From NCBI GenBank assembly GCA_951406725.2, contig OX597822.1, forward strand, positions 81,716,001 through 81,780,000: 64,000 nt of DNA. The letters run 5' to 3'. The translations under genes were made by a program, and so were the position numbers. Each line of letters starts with the position of its first letter. Within the stretch, counting starts at the first letter, position 1. The stretch comes from Octopus vulgaris (taxonomy: Eukaryota). The notes below the pieces were generated by a model. That model was not told the DNA's origin, did not search any database, and was given only the letters and a program-made list of their open reading frames with translations. Shown here piece after piece: positions 25,143-37,429 of this stretch.

Positions 25143-25402
25143 ACATGAAATACGAAAATAAATTAGTTCAATACACAAACTACAAGAAAAACAAATGCAA
25201 AACAAAACAAGTAACAGAAAGAACGACCCTTCATCAGTTGTCGGTTGTCTATTTACTTCCTCATTTCGAGCATTGAACAATAAATAAGTTGAAAGACAGC
25301 CAACAACTGACGAAGGGTCGTTCTTTGTGTTACTTGTCATGTTTTTCATTTGTTTCTCTCGTTGTTTGCATATTGAATTCATTTGTTTTCGTATTTCATG
25401 TT
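25143..25402. repeat. Long imperfect inverted repeat (fold-back element)
   Basis: caagtaacagaaagaacgacccttcatcagttgtcggttgtct pairs with agacagccaacaactgacgaagggtcgttctttgtgttacttg; arms extend to catgaaatacgaaaa / ttttcgtatttcatg. Confidence 0.8.
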
Positions 25403-27287
25403 TTTACTGTTCGTGACGTCTTGTACCCATTATATATATGGCAGAACATTAGCAGCTGGCAGAAACGTTAGCACACCAGATAAATGCTTAATAGTATTTT
25501 GTCTGTCTTTACGTTCTGAGTTCAAATGCTGCCAAGGATGACTTTGCCTTTCTTCTTTCCGGGGTCAATAAATTAAGTGCCAGTTATGTACTGGAGTCGA
25601 TCTAATTGACTGGCCCCCTCCTTGGGCCTTGTACCTAGAGTAGAAAGGAATAAAAGAAATAGCAGTTAAGGACTGGGGTTGTTCAAGTTACCCCTTCTCC
25701 TGAACTTGCTGGCCTTGTGCCAAAATTTGAAACTAGTGTGTGTGTTTGGGTATGTGTGAGTTGGTGTCTCCTTGTCTTGATATTGCATTATTGTGGCAAA
25801 TGAGTGTCACCATCATAGAAACATCTTCCTCCAAGCTTATGTAAAAGCATTTCCTTGCTAGCAGACAGGTGAGAGTTGGCAACAGGAAGAGCATCCAGCC
25901 ATACAAAATCTGCCTCAACAAATTCCATCTGACATATTCGAACATAGAAAAGTGATTTTTAAATGATAATGGTGGTGTTCTCTCTGCTCTTTCCCCAAGT
26001 CATATATTCTCATAGGGCCATTTTCCCTGAAATATTCTGCACTGCACAGAAAACCAGTCTGTTGCAGGAATACTCATTTTTGCCAACTGAATAGATTAGA
26101 GCAATGTGAAATGAAGAGTCTTGCTCATGAATACCTGGTCCAGGAATCGAAACTATAGTCTTATGGTCCTGAGTCCAACATCCAAACCACTACGCCATGT
26201 GTCAGTTTAGTAAACAGATATGGATACACACAAAAAGAAAAATAAATTCAATCAAACCATACATTGACATAATATAATCACAAAAGAGGGAGAGCAACTG
26301 AGGACCAATGATCAGGGGTTTCCTCTCCACCAAGGTCTTGAATTTCCTTGGTTACTGGGAGTAAGTACCCTTTCTCATTTGCAGTCTCTGGCTCCATTCA
26401 GCCAGGTCATATCACTGATTTCATCTGCCTTTAATAATATTATTTATTGAATATATACATTCCTATGTATTAGGAATGTATATATACTCTCTCTCTCTCT
26501 CTTTATATATATATGTTTTTGTTTTTCCTATTGATAAAAGTAATTAAGTATAACCAGTGTGTCATCTGATTGATAATCTGTGATTTAAGTTTATGAAGGT
26601 ATATAAATGCAGAGAATGGAATCGGTGAAAGTCTGTACCATTTTGGAGCTATCACGTATTTCTCCACTAATTTACCTGTCTGTCTCACCTGTCTTGTTAC
26701 TTATTTCCTTTGTTGTTGAACGTAGCTCTCTCATTCTTTGCCTTTCCTCGCATTCACACACATGTCACACCTTTGTATATTGTAAATCTAAATTTCATAG
26801 TGATAGTGCAGACATGGCTATGTGGTTGAGAAACTTGCTTCTTAACCAAGTGGTCTTGGTTTCAGGCCCTATGTGCAGTATCTTGGACAAGTGTCTCTTG
26901 CAGTAGCCCCAGGCTGACCAAAGCCTTGGGAGTGGATTTGGTAGATGGATACAATACGGAAGCTTGTCATACAAGTGTACTCTTGACATCATGTGACGGT
27001 TGTAAACGAGCATCAGTGTCATACAACTAAGTTGATTTCTAGTCTTCTGTGAAAAACGTCTGGCCATGTGAAAATATTATTTTGCCTGGAAACAGGGGAG
27101 GGTGATTCCAGTAAGGCAAATAGCTTTAGAAAATTGCCTCAACAAATTGTCTGACCCGTGTAAGCATGAAAAGTGGCCTTTAAAAGATGATGGGTCGGCT
27201 GAGTAGATAAGGTATTGAACCAGTGTTTGTTCATTGTTTCCGAGTTCAAATCTCCTATATCCTACTTTATTTATTTCAAACGTTTAA

Positions 27288-27507
27288 CCCATATATGCAC
27301 ATAAAAAATTTCACTGTATTTAGATTAAATGTTATGGTAGGCTTTCACAATCTGGAAGAGAAGGACAGTATGCAACTGTTAGCTATGGGTGTCGACTACC
27401 TACAGAACATTTCCTTGGCATCAGTCAGTTGCTTCCTGCTGAGTTCATGTCCAAACAAGTAGGAGCAGGTTTTGTGTTGCGAAAACGCAACAAGGGGTAT
27501 ATATGGG
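27288..27507. mobile_element. Possible piggyBac-type MITE
   Basis: TTAA-cccatatatgc ... gtatatatggg-TTTAA. Confidence 0.5.
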
Positions 27508-28912
27508 TTTAACACAAATAACTAAAGTTAAAGTTAAACCCTTGTTTTTATCTTCATGCCTTTATTTCTAACTTACACTATTGTACCTTCTCAATCACTT
27601 TTAATTTTATTTCACAACACTTCGAATAAAATTATATTACTCTGTTTCACTCCAGGGTACTTACAGTGCAGTTAGTTGTTCAAGAATAGGCACCAGATCT
27701 GTTAATGTTATCTGCAGTAGACTATCAGCAGAAAATTTCTCTCATTCACATAATGCCATGAAATGACAGCTAAGCATTACTCATTAAAAGTCCCTTGGGG
27801 GTTTATAAACTATTTATATTTTCATCTACAATTTTTGTTTGTATATATGTCAGTAGGATACGATAAAAAAATATGGCCCCAAATAGAGGATGGCATTTAA
27901 AATATACTTCTCTTGGTAACAGTACTGAGCACCCCTGCTATTTCTCTCTCGTGTATAACCTTATAGAACTAGGCTTTTAAACTACAGTATTTGTTGGCAT
28001 GTAAGACCCTCTCTTTTTCTTCCAAACAATGTCTCAAAAAAAATCACCTTGGATTGTGTAAGCAAAGTTAGGCCTACATTTCAAGCTTTCATGCACTAAG
28101 AATATTTTTTTTCTTGAACATGTACTGCTGGGATTGGGATGCATCTAACATGCTTGTGCATTTTTGAGGCAATCAAATATAGTAATGATTGCTTTTTAGC
28201 AATTACAATTTTTTAAATCAGCATTGAAGAAGCAGACCCTCACTGTCTTTTATTCTGACTGCATATAGGATCACATTATCCGATTTACCTTGAAACCAGT
28301 AGGGTGTGATTTGAGGCACAAAGATGCCTCTCTCTGAAATGTATTTCTTTATCACTGAAATAGTCCTTTCATCCCTGGCAATATTCCATCAGGTTAAGAT
28401 CAAACCAATATCTGACAGTGTTATCCTATTGTATTATATTCTATAAATCTGATCTCAGTATCTGTTCAAATAGTTAGAATTTCAAAATATCAATAAACAA
28501 TATATTTCCTGTGATTCAAGTAGAAGGCTATTTGATTAAATTTCTGAAACGAATTATTGCAATAATAACTATTCAGGTTTTCTGTATTATTAACCGTTTG
28601 ACCTTAGAATCTCTGGTTGTCTTCTATATTCCAATTTTCAGCACAGAATCTTTAATTCTAACACAAATGTTAAATATTCTTAACAACAAAGCATGATAAG
28701 CTAATGAAGAAGCTTCTGTGTAACTGCTAGAAATAATAGTCAAATTTCCTGCAAATCATGAAAACACTGGACACTTTAGTTCCTGATAGATAAAAGATGG
28801 TCTACCAACTTCACTCATAAAGCATTGGTCAGCCAAGAGCTATAGTTGAAGATGCTTGACCAAGGAGTTGGACTGAACAGAAAACCACACTGTTACAAAG
28901 TAAGTTTCTTAA

Positions 28913-29146
28913 CCCATTCGTGCCGAAATTTTTCTGGTGAATGAAATTGCCTGAAAATTCACAGATACTATTATTTTAACCTAAATAAGAACTGAAAGAA
29001 ATTCCATTGAAATCCGTTTGATACAGACTGCATAAGAACATGTTTCATTGTTTGATACAGATCATACATAAATCACAATTTGTATCGAGTATTTGTTTTA
29101 TACCCTTATAAATTGTCAGTTTAGACGGATGATCAGCATGAATGGG
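28913..29146. mobile_element. piggyBac-type MITE
   Basis: TTAA TSD on both sides; TIR cccattcgtgccga / tcagcatgaatggg; interrupts a decayed minus-strand SINE B. Confidence 0.78.
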
Positions 29147-29275
29147 TTAACTGCACTGACTTCCGCAGTGAATATCTGAGTATTGTCATCATTAGTACAG
29201 TATGAAAGACACCCTACAACTCCAGCTTTCACTGTGATTTAAAATGATTCAAGAGAAAGCATTCTCAGTATAAAT

Positions 29276-29510
29276 AGGCAGCGAGCTGGCAGAAACATTA
29301 GCACGCTGGGCAAAATGCTTCGCGGTAGTTCGTCTGCAGCTACGTTCTGAGTTCAAATTCCGCCAAGGTCGACTTTACCTTTCATCCTTTCGGGGACGAT
29401 TAAATAAGTACCATTTACGCACTGGGGTCGATATAATCGACTTAATCCGTGTGTCTGTCCTTGTTTGTCCTCTCTGTGTTTAGTCCCTTGTGGGTAGTAA
29501 AGAAATAAGT
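29276..29510 (+). mobile_element. tRNA-related SINE (family C), well preserved
   Basis: ggcagcgagctggcagaaacattagcac...gagttcaaattcc (B box)...tttcatcctttcgggg...gtagtaaagaaataagta. Confidence 0.82.
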
Positions 29511-30191
29511 ATAAATAGTTGTACAGGCAGCACAGAACATTTATAATGAGGACTGTAGGTCCTACTTGTTTCTTCATGCCATGCTAAATTCTTCACACTG
29601 GGGACCAAGCTGTTAACAAAAAGATCTTTTTAAAAAAAATTCCCTGCCTAAGGGTTTAACAGAATTCAAGTTTCCTTAACTGATGGATAAAATTTATTTC
29701 AATACATGGTTTAGCTGTATAGCCCCAGGATATCCTTCTTCAAGAATAAAACTTAATTGGAAAGCATTTGAACTTGTTTACTTTTCTTTATTTCATTTTG
29801 TTTATTTATTTTTTAGATGTTTTTATACCCTGAACTATTTTATCTAAATATCTTTTTTAAGAGTGTGGTTTGGCTTAAGGAAGATTTTACTGCTATTCTA
29901 ACAAGCTTCGTGATCAAATAAAAGAAAGACTGTCAGTTCAAACCTACTCATTAATCACCTGTTTGCATCCATGATGAGAAAATCTAACTCTTAATGCCTG
30001 TCCACTCACTTACGTACAGGATGGCACGGATATGGTCAGTGTGTGTGTACATGGATGTTGAATAGATTCTTAATCTTTCAGCTGTTTCTCTTCACAAAAA
30101 AACAAAACAGAAACAACATTTTCATCTTAATTATTTGTATATCAGAGAATTGTTCTAGAGAACTTCTGTTCTTACTGTCATAATACTCAGG

Positions 30192-30219
30192 CTTTTTTTC
30201 TTTCTCTTTCTAGGTAAGT
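30192..30219 (+). other. Candidate recursive splice site (zero-length exon)
   Basis: ctttttttctttctctttcTAG|GTAAGT: pure pyrimidine tract and acceptor directly abutting a consensus donor at 30213/30214. Confidence 0.5.
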
Positions 30220-33200
30220 GATGTTTTCGAAAGCTGTCTTGCTCATTTGGAGGAACATTGGCACCAGTAATGACAGAAGAATACCATCCATCAATATGCT
30301 AGTGGTATCTTTATACATATAATGCAACATGATATATCCATTTTCTTGTTGGGTCATTTGTCTCTCCTTTACATGCTGATAGGAGAAAGTAGTAACTGTG
30401 CTGAATGATGTGGAAGAGAGAGAGAGAGAGAAATGAAAAGTAATATGAAGAAAGATTTAATATAAAAGTGGGATTGACAGCGTGGGATGAAAAGTAATAG
30501 AAAATTTGTCAGCAGTCATCCAATATTCAGAGTAGCAGACATGGAAATAGAGGGAGGAGTAGAAGAAAGGGTGAGAGAAGAAGAAAGAAGTGAAGAAAGA
30601 TAAAGCTCTACAGTACTGATGGGGAATTAGAGAAGTAATAGGATAAAATAACTAGGATATAGAAAGAACAATAGAGATAGAAAAAGGAATTCCTGTATGG
30701 TATGGAAGGGTTGGGGAGAAAAGGGGTTGAGGCAGATTTTGATTGAGTGAAAAAAAATTTAGAAAATACAGATATATTTAGATAGAGATGTAATCATATA
30801 AGTTTGAAAATTAGGAGAATGAGTGAAGTTAAAAAGAATGACTAAAAGAAGATAAAATGAAACAAGAAGAAAATGGAGCAAAGCTTGAAACAAAAGCATT
30901 AGAAATTACTGAAAGGAGGCAGAAGTAAATTGCATCATTTTTGACAGGTAATACACTTCTGTGTATGTGTGTGTGTGTGTGTGTGAGAGAGATCACTGAA
31001 CTTTACTAAATTCTGTGAAGAGTATTCTCTTTTGTGTATCTCACAATTTTACAAAATGTATTTCGAGCTAATTTTTTTTTTATCTAACGTTCTCTGGTTA
31101 AGTTAATTGATTTTGTAAAGATTGAAGAATATTAAACTTCCTTTCATTTTTCTTGGCTAAAACGTGTATCAGTGGGTGCAGGGAGCAATCCTAATTGTTG
31201 TTACCTTTTGTTCTTTATTTCTTATCATATTTGTGCATGCAGTCCTCTACATAATCTAAGACATTCTAACAGTAACCATTCTGTCTTTTTCTTTCTATTT
31301 TAGACATAGTCTATCTTGAACTATATGATTCATAGTGTCTTTTACCTTTTAAAATGGTATGGTGAGGAATTTGAGTGAGATTTGGCCATTTCTATCAAGT
31401 CGATAGGCTTTGCAGAAACCCATCCCTCATGTTGTTTGATAATTTTAATTATGTAACTATGATAAACACATTTATCAAACTGGAAAAACACACTTCCTTT
31501 AACAATTTTACCTGTGAATGTTCATAGCTCCAAACATAACTTGGAATTATAGGGAAAACCAAAAAAATAAAAGAGGAAGTATATAATGCTTTATCATTTG
31601 GCAATCTATGTGACCATCTTCCAAAAGGTTTTATTTAAAGTTCAGGTTTAGTTTAGTTAATTCAATGTGTCCTTGAATTTGTGATAATTTTTATTCTGTG
31701 TCATGGATAATATTTTCTACATAAACATAGTCACATTTTTGTGGGGTGAAGTACAGTGCTGAAGGGTTCTTGGCTTTGGGTAAAAGAAAATCCACGAGGA
31801 TCAGTTAATTATGATTTTATTCTCCTCTCATATTCACACACTTATTGCAGTGGTCCTTCAGTTTTTCTAAGCCCTGTAAAAGAACTTGAGAGGTTGGGTT
31901 TCCACCAGGCCTTTTGTGATGCCTGTAAAGCCAGGAACTTTTCAGCGCCCCCTCGAATATTCTATTAAATCAACCTGGTACATACTTAAACTTAGGTTTT
32001 CTTGCATCAGCTGATGCCTGAGGAAGTCAAAGTATTCCAGCACAATCAGTCACCAGATGCCCTCACAGCATCTTTCCATCCTAGTTTTATCAGCTGATGG
32101 TCCCTGTCAATCTTGTACTATTTAATATTTAGATATCCCTTGTGCCGTTGCCCCTGAGGGTTCCACAGAAGGACTTAATTGACAAGTCAGTTTGTTTGGT
32201 GCACTTAGCAGGTACTTCTGCACAGGAATACTAAATGATAAAGTCAACCTAGGTGCAATTTAAGCTCAGAATATAAAGGGACAAGCTATTGCAACATATT
32301 TTCCCCTCATACACCTATTGGAATTATTAAATAATATCGCAAGTAAATTAGTTTCTTTGACTTACTTATCTTCATTTTACACTACTTTTTTTTCTTTCTT
32401 CTTCATCCTCTTTCTCACTCACGCTCTCATCCTTTTTTTTTTTTTTTTTTTTCACCTTCCCTTTGGTTCCCCTTTCTGTCTCCTCTCTTACTTTTTTCTT
32501 TCCTCTCATTCCTACTATCTGAAATACTTATGCCTTTCTTTTCTTAAATTAATTATTTCTTTCTTCTCCTCCCCTCTCTTTGTTTTCCTTTCCTCCTCCT
32601 TTCTCTTACTATTTTCTTGAACTCTCTTCCTCTCTCTTTTTATATTTGTTCCCTATTTTTCTGGTTTTTTTCTCCCTTATATCCTCTCCCTCTTTCTTCT
32701 TATACCTTTCTCTATTCCTTCGTTTCTCCTTCTATCTACTTCACACACAAATGCATTCTGTACTCTCCCTCTTTTTTCCTCTTTCATTTTCTTCTTACAC
32801 AATCATCCATTTGTTTTCTTCATTCATATCTCCTTCCATTGTCTTTTTCTTTTCTGTCTTGCTTCTTCACACACACACCCTTCCTCCACTTCCTTCCATC
32901 ACACACACATACACACACACATTAAAATTCCTTCATTCTGTCCTTTATCTCTCTCAACTCTTTCTTTCACTCTCACAGACTCGCTCATCTTCTCACTTAA
33001 TCAATCAAATCACTTATACTGCCATACCATTTATTTGTCTTTACACCTTCACATATTGACCGGAAACCATTTCCCAAGAGCAATAAAAAACTACAGTAAC
33101 TATTTTATTTCAAAGACACAAAACTGCACATTGATCAATATTTTCTTGTACAATATGTTCAATTGCCTATCTAGACAAATCTATTTATCTGACTGATTTC

Positions 33201-33417
33201 ACTATTTTTCTACTTTATATATTTTTTCTTTCTTTTCTTTTATTTTTTCTGTTTGGAGCCTGTTTTAACAGATTTTAATTACAAGCTTTTCTTGTTCCTG
33301 CTTCCAAACTGATGTCTCAAATATTGAATTGTTATTTAGTCCCAGATCAGCATTGGTATATTATTTGCATATGAGCAAACACTATTAGATGTGACAGCAT
33401 GCATGCAGGATATTAAT

Positions 33418-33642
33418 TTATTTACATTTGACGGATATATCTCCTCATCTCGTTTGTTGTTAACACAACATTTCAGCTGATATACCCTCCAGCTTTCATC
33501 TGGAGTCTTGGGGAAATTTTGAACCTGGATTCTCATTCCTAAGGTATTTTTTGATGTTATTATTATTATTCAGGTAACTACCTGGAGTTGAACTTGGAAT
33601 CTTAGGGTCAGTAGCCTACGCTTTTAACCACTATGCCATATG
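33418..33642 (-). mobile_element. tRNA-head/hammerhead element, copy 2 (degenerate)
   Basis: Aligns by eye with 3984-4219 and 55940-56180; hammerhead core mutated. Confidence 0.75.
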
Positions 33643-33827
33643 GTTATTAGTTTGCTAGAGAAGGGGCTTAGATCAGTGCCACACCAATACGTAGCAAGTT
33701 TCCAGGAAAGAAAGAAGCATTATGAAATGCTTATGTAATATTGTATTATTTGTTTACAAAATAAACATAAAATTTTTTTAAATAACCAACTTTTATTATA
33801 TTCATTATATAAAAAAGCACCATCCGA

Positions 33828-33996
33828 CGTCTTCGCGGCGTCCGCTCGGCCGGTTCAGGGGCAGCGCATCTGCGCCCGTCCCTTCCGGTCATGACGATAC
33901 GGTCAGCCTTCCGCATTGGTCGCGGCGCAAATATTAGCAGCCGCCGCGCCTTCCGCGCGCGGGTCCTAGGCGTGCGGCGGCTTCACGCCCTTCGAT
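33828..33996. other. GC/CpG-rich structured segment of unknown origin
   Basis: Very GC-rich against an AT-rich background; hairpin gccgccgcgcct (33940-33951) / aggcgtgcggcggc (33968-33981). Confidence 0.7.
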
Positions 33997-35176
33997 TTTG
34001 ATCTCTGTCGGCACCCTATTTGATCTCTGTCGGCACCCTATTTGATCTCTGTCGGCACCCTCTTTGATCTCTGTCGGCACCCTCTTTGATCTATGTCGGT
34101 ACACTCTTTGATCTCTGTCGGCACCCTCTTTGATCTCTGTCGGCACCCTCTTTGATCTCTGTCGGCACCCTCTTTGATCTCTGTCGGCACCCTCTTTGAT
34201 CTCTGTCGGCAACCTCTTTGATCTCTGTCGGCACCCTCTTTGATCTCCGTCGGCACCCTCTTTGATCTCCGTCGGCACCCTCTTTGATCTCTGTCGGCAC
34301 CCTCTTTGATCTCTGTCGGCACCCTCTTTGATCTCTGTTGGCACCCTCTTTGATCTCTGTCGGCACCCTCTTTGATCTCTGTCGGCACCCTCTTTGATCT
34401 CTGTCGGCACCCTCTTGATCTCTGTCGGCACCCTCTTTGATCTCTGTCGGCACCCACTTTGATCTCTGTCGGCACCCTCTTTGATCTCTGTCGGCACCCT
34501 CTTTGATCTCTGTCGGCACATTCTTTGATCTCTGTCGGCACCCTCTTTGATCTCCGTCGGTACCCCCTTTGATCTCCGTCGGCACCCTCTTTGATCTCTG
34601 TCGGCACCCTCTTTGATCTCAGTCGGCATCCTCTTTGATCTCTGTCTGCACCCTCTTTGATCTCTGTCTGCACCCTCTTTGATCTCTGTCTGCACCCCCT
34701 TTGATCTCTGTCGGCACCCTCTTTGATCTCTGTCGGCACCCCCTTTGATCTCTGTCGGCACCCCTTTGATCTCTGTCGGCACCCCCTTTGATCTCTGTCG
34801 GCACCCTCTTTGAACTCTGTCTGCACCCTCTTTGATCTCTGTCGGCACCCTCTTTGATCTCTGTCGGCACCCTCTTTGATCTCTGTCGGCACCCTCTTTG
34901 ATCTCTGTCGGCACCCTCTTTGATCTCTGTCGGCACCCTCTTTGATCTCTGTCGGCATCCTCTTTGATCTCAGTCGGCACCCTCTTTGATCTCAGTCGGC
35001 ACCCTCTTTGATCTCTGTCTGCACCCCCTTTGATCTCTGTCGGCACCCTCTTTGATCTCTGTCGGCACCCTCTTTGATCTCTGTCGGCAGCCTCTTTGAT
35101 CTCTGTCGGTACCCTCTTTGATCTCTGTCAGCACCCTCTTTGATCTCTGTCGGTACCCTCTTTGATCTCTGTCGGT
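33997..35176. repeat. Tandem array of ~54 x 22-bp unit TTTGATCTCTGTCGGCACCCTC
   Basis: Directly visible and highly homogeneous, with scattered single substitutions and two 20-bp units. Confidence 0.97.
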
Positions 35177-35598
35177 ACCATCCGAACGTAGCCGATGCCA
35201 GCGCTACCTTGATTGGCTCCAGTGCCGGTGGCACATAAAAAGCACCATCCGCACGTGGCCGATGCCAGCGCTGCCTCGACTGGCTCCAGTGCCGGTGGCA
35301 CATAAAAAGCACCATCCGAACGTGGCCGATGCCAGCGCCACCTTGGCTGGCTTCCATGCCGGTGGCACGTTAGAAGCACCAACCGATCGTGGCTGATGCC
35401 GGACCCCCCTGGCACCTGTGCAGGTGGCACGTAAAAAGCACCCACTACACTCGCGGAGTGGTTGGCGTTAGGAAGGGCATCCAGCTGTAGAAACTCTGCC
35501 AGATCAGACTGAAGCCTGGTGCAGCCCCCGGTTTCCCAGACTCCGGTTGAACCGTCCAACCCATGCTAGGACGTTAAACGATGATGATGATGATGATG
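35177..35598 (+). mobile_element. Young RTE 3' end (its 5' stub is at 33811-33827)
   Basis: CpG-rich tandem ~65-bp UTR units, conserved 3' end and (gat)n tail. Confidence 0.85.
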
Positions 35599-35849
35599 AT
35601 ATTGTTTCTGGTATAAATTAATATTACTAGGAAATATTACCGGACCCTGGCACACTGGAAACAAAAACTACCAGTATGCCACATCAGATAGTTTGAGAAG
35701 CATTGGTTTAGATGACATAACCAAATCTCATGACACACCAGAATCAATAGTGTGCATCAAAGATAAGCCCCAGGCTGCAATCTTAAAGGAAACTTCTAGT
35801 GGAAGATATGAGAAATGGATGAAGTTCAGAGGCAGGCAACTTCAGTTAA

Positions 35850-36313
35850 CCCTTTTGTTACTGTATTTATTTCGAGATGCTCTGTATTTCTTTCAATTAC
35901 TTTAAATATAACAAAGACTTTAGCAAAATAACTTAGTTTTTATTAAGCTAGTGCTAGGAACATAAATTGTGACTAAGGTTTGGTGGTAAGATTTTAATTC
36001 AGAACTTATGAAAACAAGACAGAGCCAGAGGTGGTTTCAGCCGGGTTGGTATTGAAAGGGTTAAGAATTGTTTCTCTATTATATATTTTAATCCTCTTGC
36101 TACTGTATTTCTGTTGAGATGGATTGTGTTTCTTTCAATTAATTTGAAATATGACAAAGAATTTAGTAAAATAACTTAGTTTTCATTCAGCTGGTGTTAG
36201 GAACATAAATTGTGACTAAGGTTTGGTGGAAGATTTTAATTCAGAACTTTTGAAAACAAGACATTTGTAGTACGGAGCCAGTAGTTGTTTCAGCTGGGTT
36301 GGTATGAAAAAGG
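35850..36313. mobile_element. Two tandem piggyBac-type MITEs (35850-36060 and 36092-36313)
   Basis: Each bounded by TTAA; copy 1 has cccttt...aaaggg ends; the two copies are clearly homologous along their length. Confidence 0.75.
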
Positions 36314-36451
36314 TTAAGGGTCTCTTGTCAGAAATACTCAGAATCTGTTTTTTGATGTTACATTACTTTATTATTCAAATAAATGGAGTTGAATGCCTTA
36401 TCAAGGAATTTAACTTAATTCAATGCCCGTAATAGTTAGCTGTATTATATA

Positions 36452-36840
36452 CTCTTTTACTTGTTTCAGTCATTTGACTGTGGCCATGCTGAAGCACTGC
36501 CTTTAGTTGAGCAAATTGACCCCAGGACTTATTCTTTGTAAGCCTAGTACTTATTCTATCGGTCTCTTTTGCCGAACTGCTAAGTTACAGTGATGTAAAC
36601 ACACTAGCATCGGTTGTCAAGCGATGTTGTGGGGACAAACACAGACACACAAACATATACACTCATACATATATATGACGGGCTTCTTTCAGTTTCTGTC
36701 TACCAAATCCACTCACAAGGCTTTGGTTGACCCGAGGCTATAGTAGAAGACACTTGCCCAAGGTGCCACACAGTGGGACTGAACCCGGAACCATGTGGTT
36801 CGTAAACAAGCTACTTACCACACAGCCACTCCTGTGCCTA
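36452..36840 (-). mobile_element. SINE family B, full length
   Basis: Reverse complement of the 11572-11933 element. Confidence 0.85.
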
Positions 36841-37429
36841 ATATGTTGATATTAATGAAGTGTGTCCATGACTGTGCTACTGTTACTTGTACAAGCTTTA
36901 TAGACTACATTCAATAAAGATTTCACTCACCAACACTTTAGCATTACTAGAACTGGTGCCGGTTCCACAGGTGTTGGTGTCACATAAGAAGCATTGGTGA
37001 TAATGCCACATAAAAAGCACTGGTGTCTGGTGCCACCTAAGACTCACCACTCTGTGAAGTGGTTGGCATTAGGAAGGACATCCAACTATAGAAACCATGC
37101 CAAAACAGACAGTGGAACCTAATGTGGCTCCTGGCTTTGACAGCTCCTGTCAAACGATCCAATCCCATGCCAGCATGGAAAACAGACATTAAATGAGGAG
37201 GAAGAGGAGAAGGAATACTAGAACTGCCTTTATTTATATTAGTGTTGCTCTTCGTAACTAGAGAACCATGCACCATCCTACCCCAACCCCACATCTTTTG
37301 TTTCATCATCCTTATTTTATTTATGACTTGAGGATAAAGGACATTGATGAATGGCATACAAGAGCAAGTCCCCAGGAGATCTTAATCTATGTAGCCCAAA
37401 GCCAGGAACTTTTCAGCACCACCTTGTAT

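Noticed and set aside
33934-35046. 370-aa and overlapping minus-strand ORFs (PTEIKEGADRDQRGCRQRSKRV repeats)
   Set aside because: By-product of a stop-free 22-bp unit cycling through all frames; no evidence of a real gene.
33997-35176. CRISPR-like array
   Set aside because: Units are contiguous with no unique spacers, there are no cas genes, and the context is eukaryotic.
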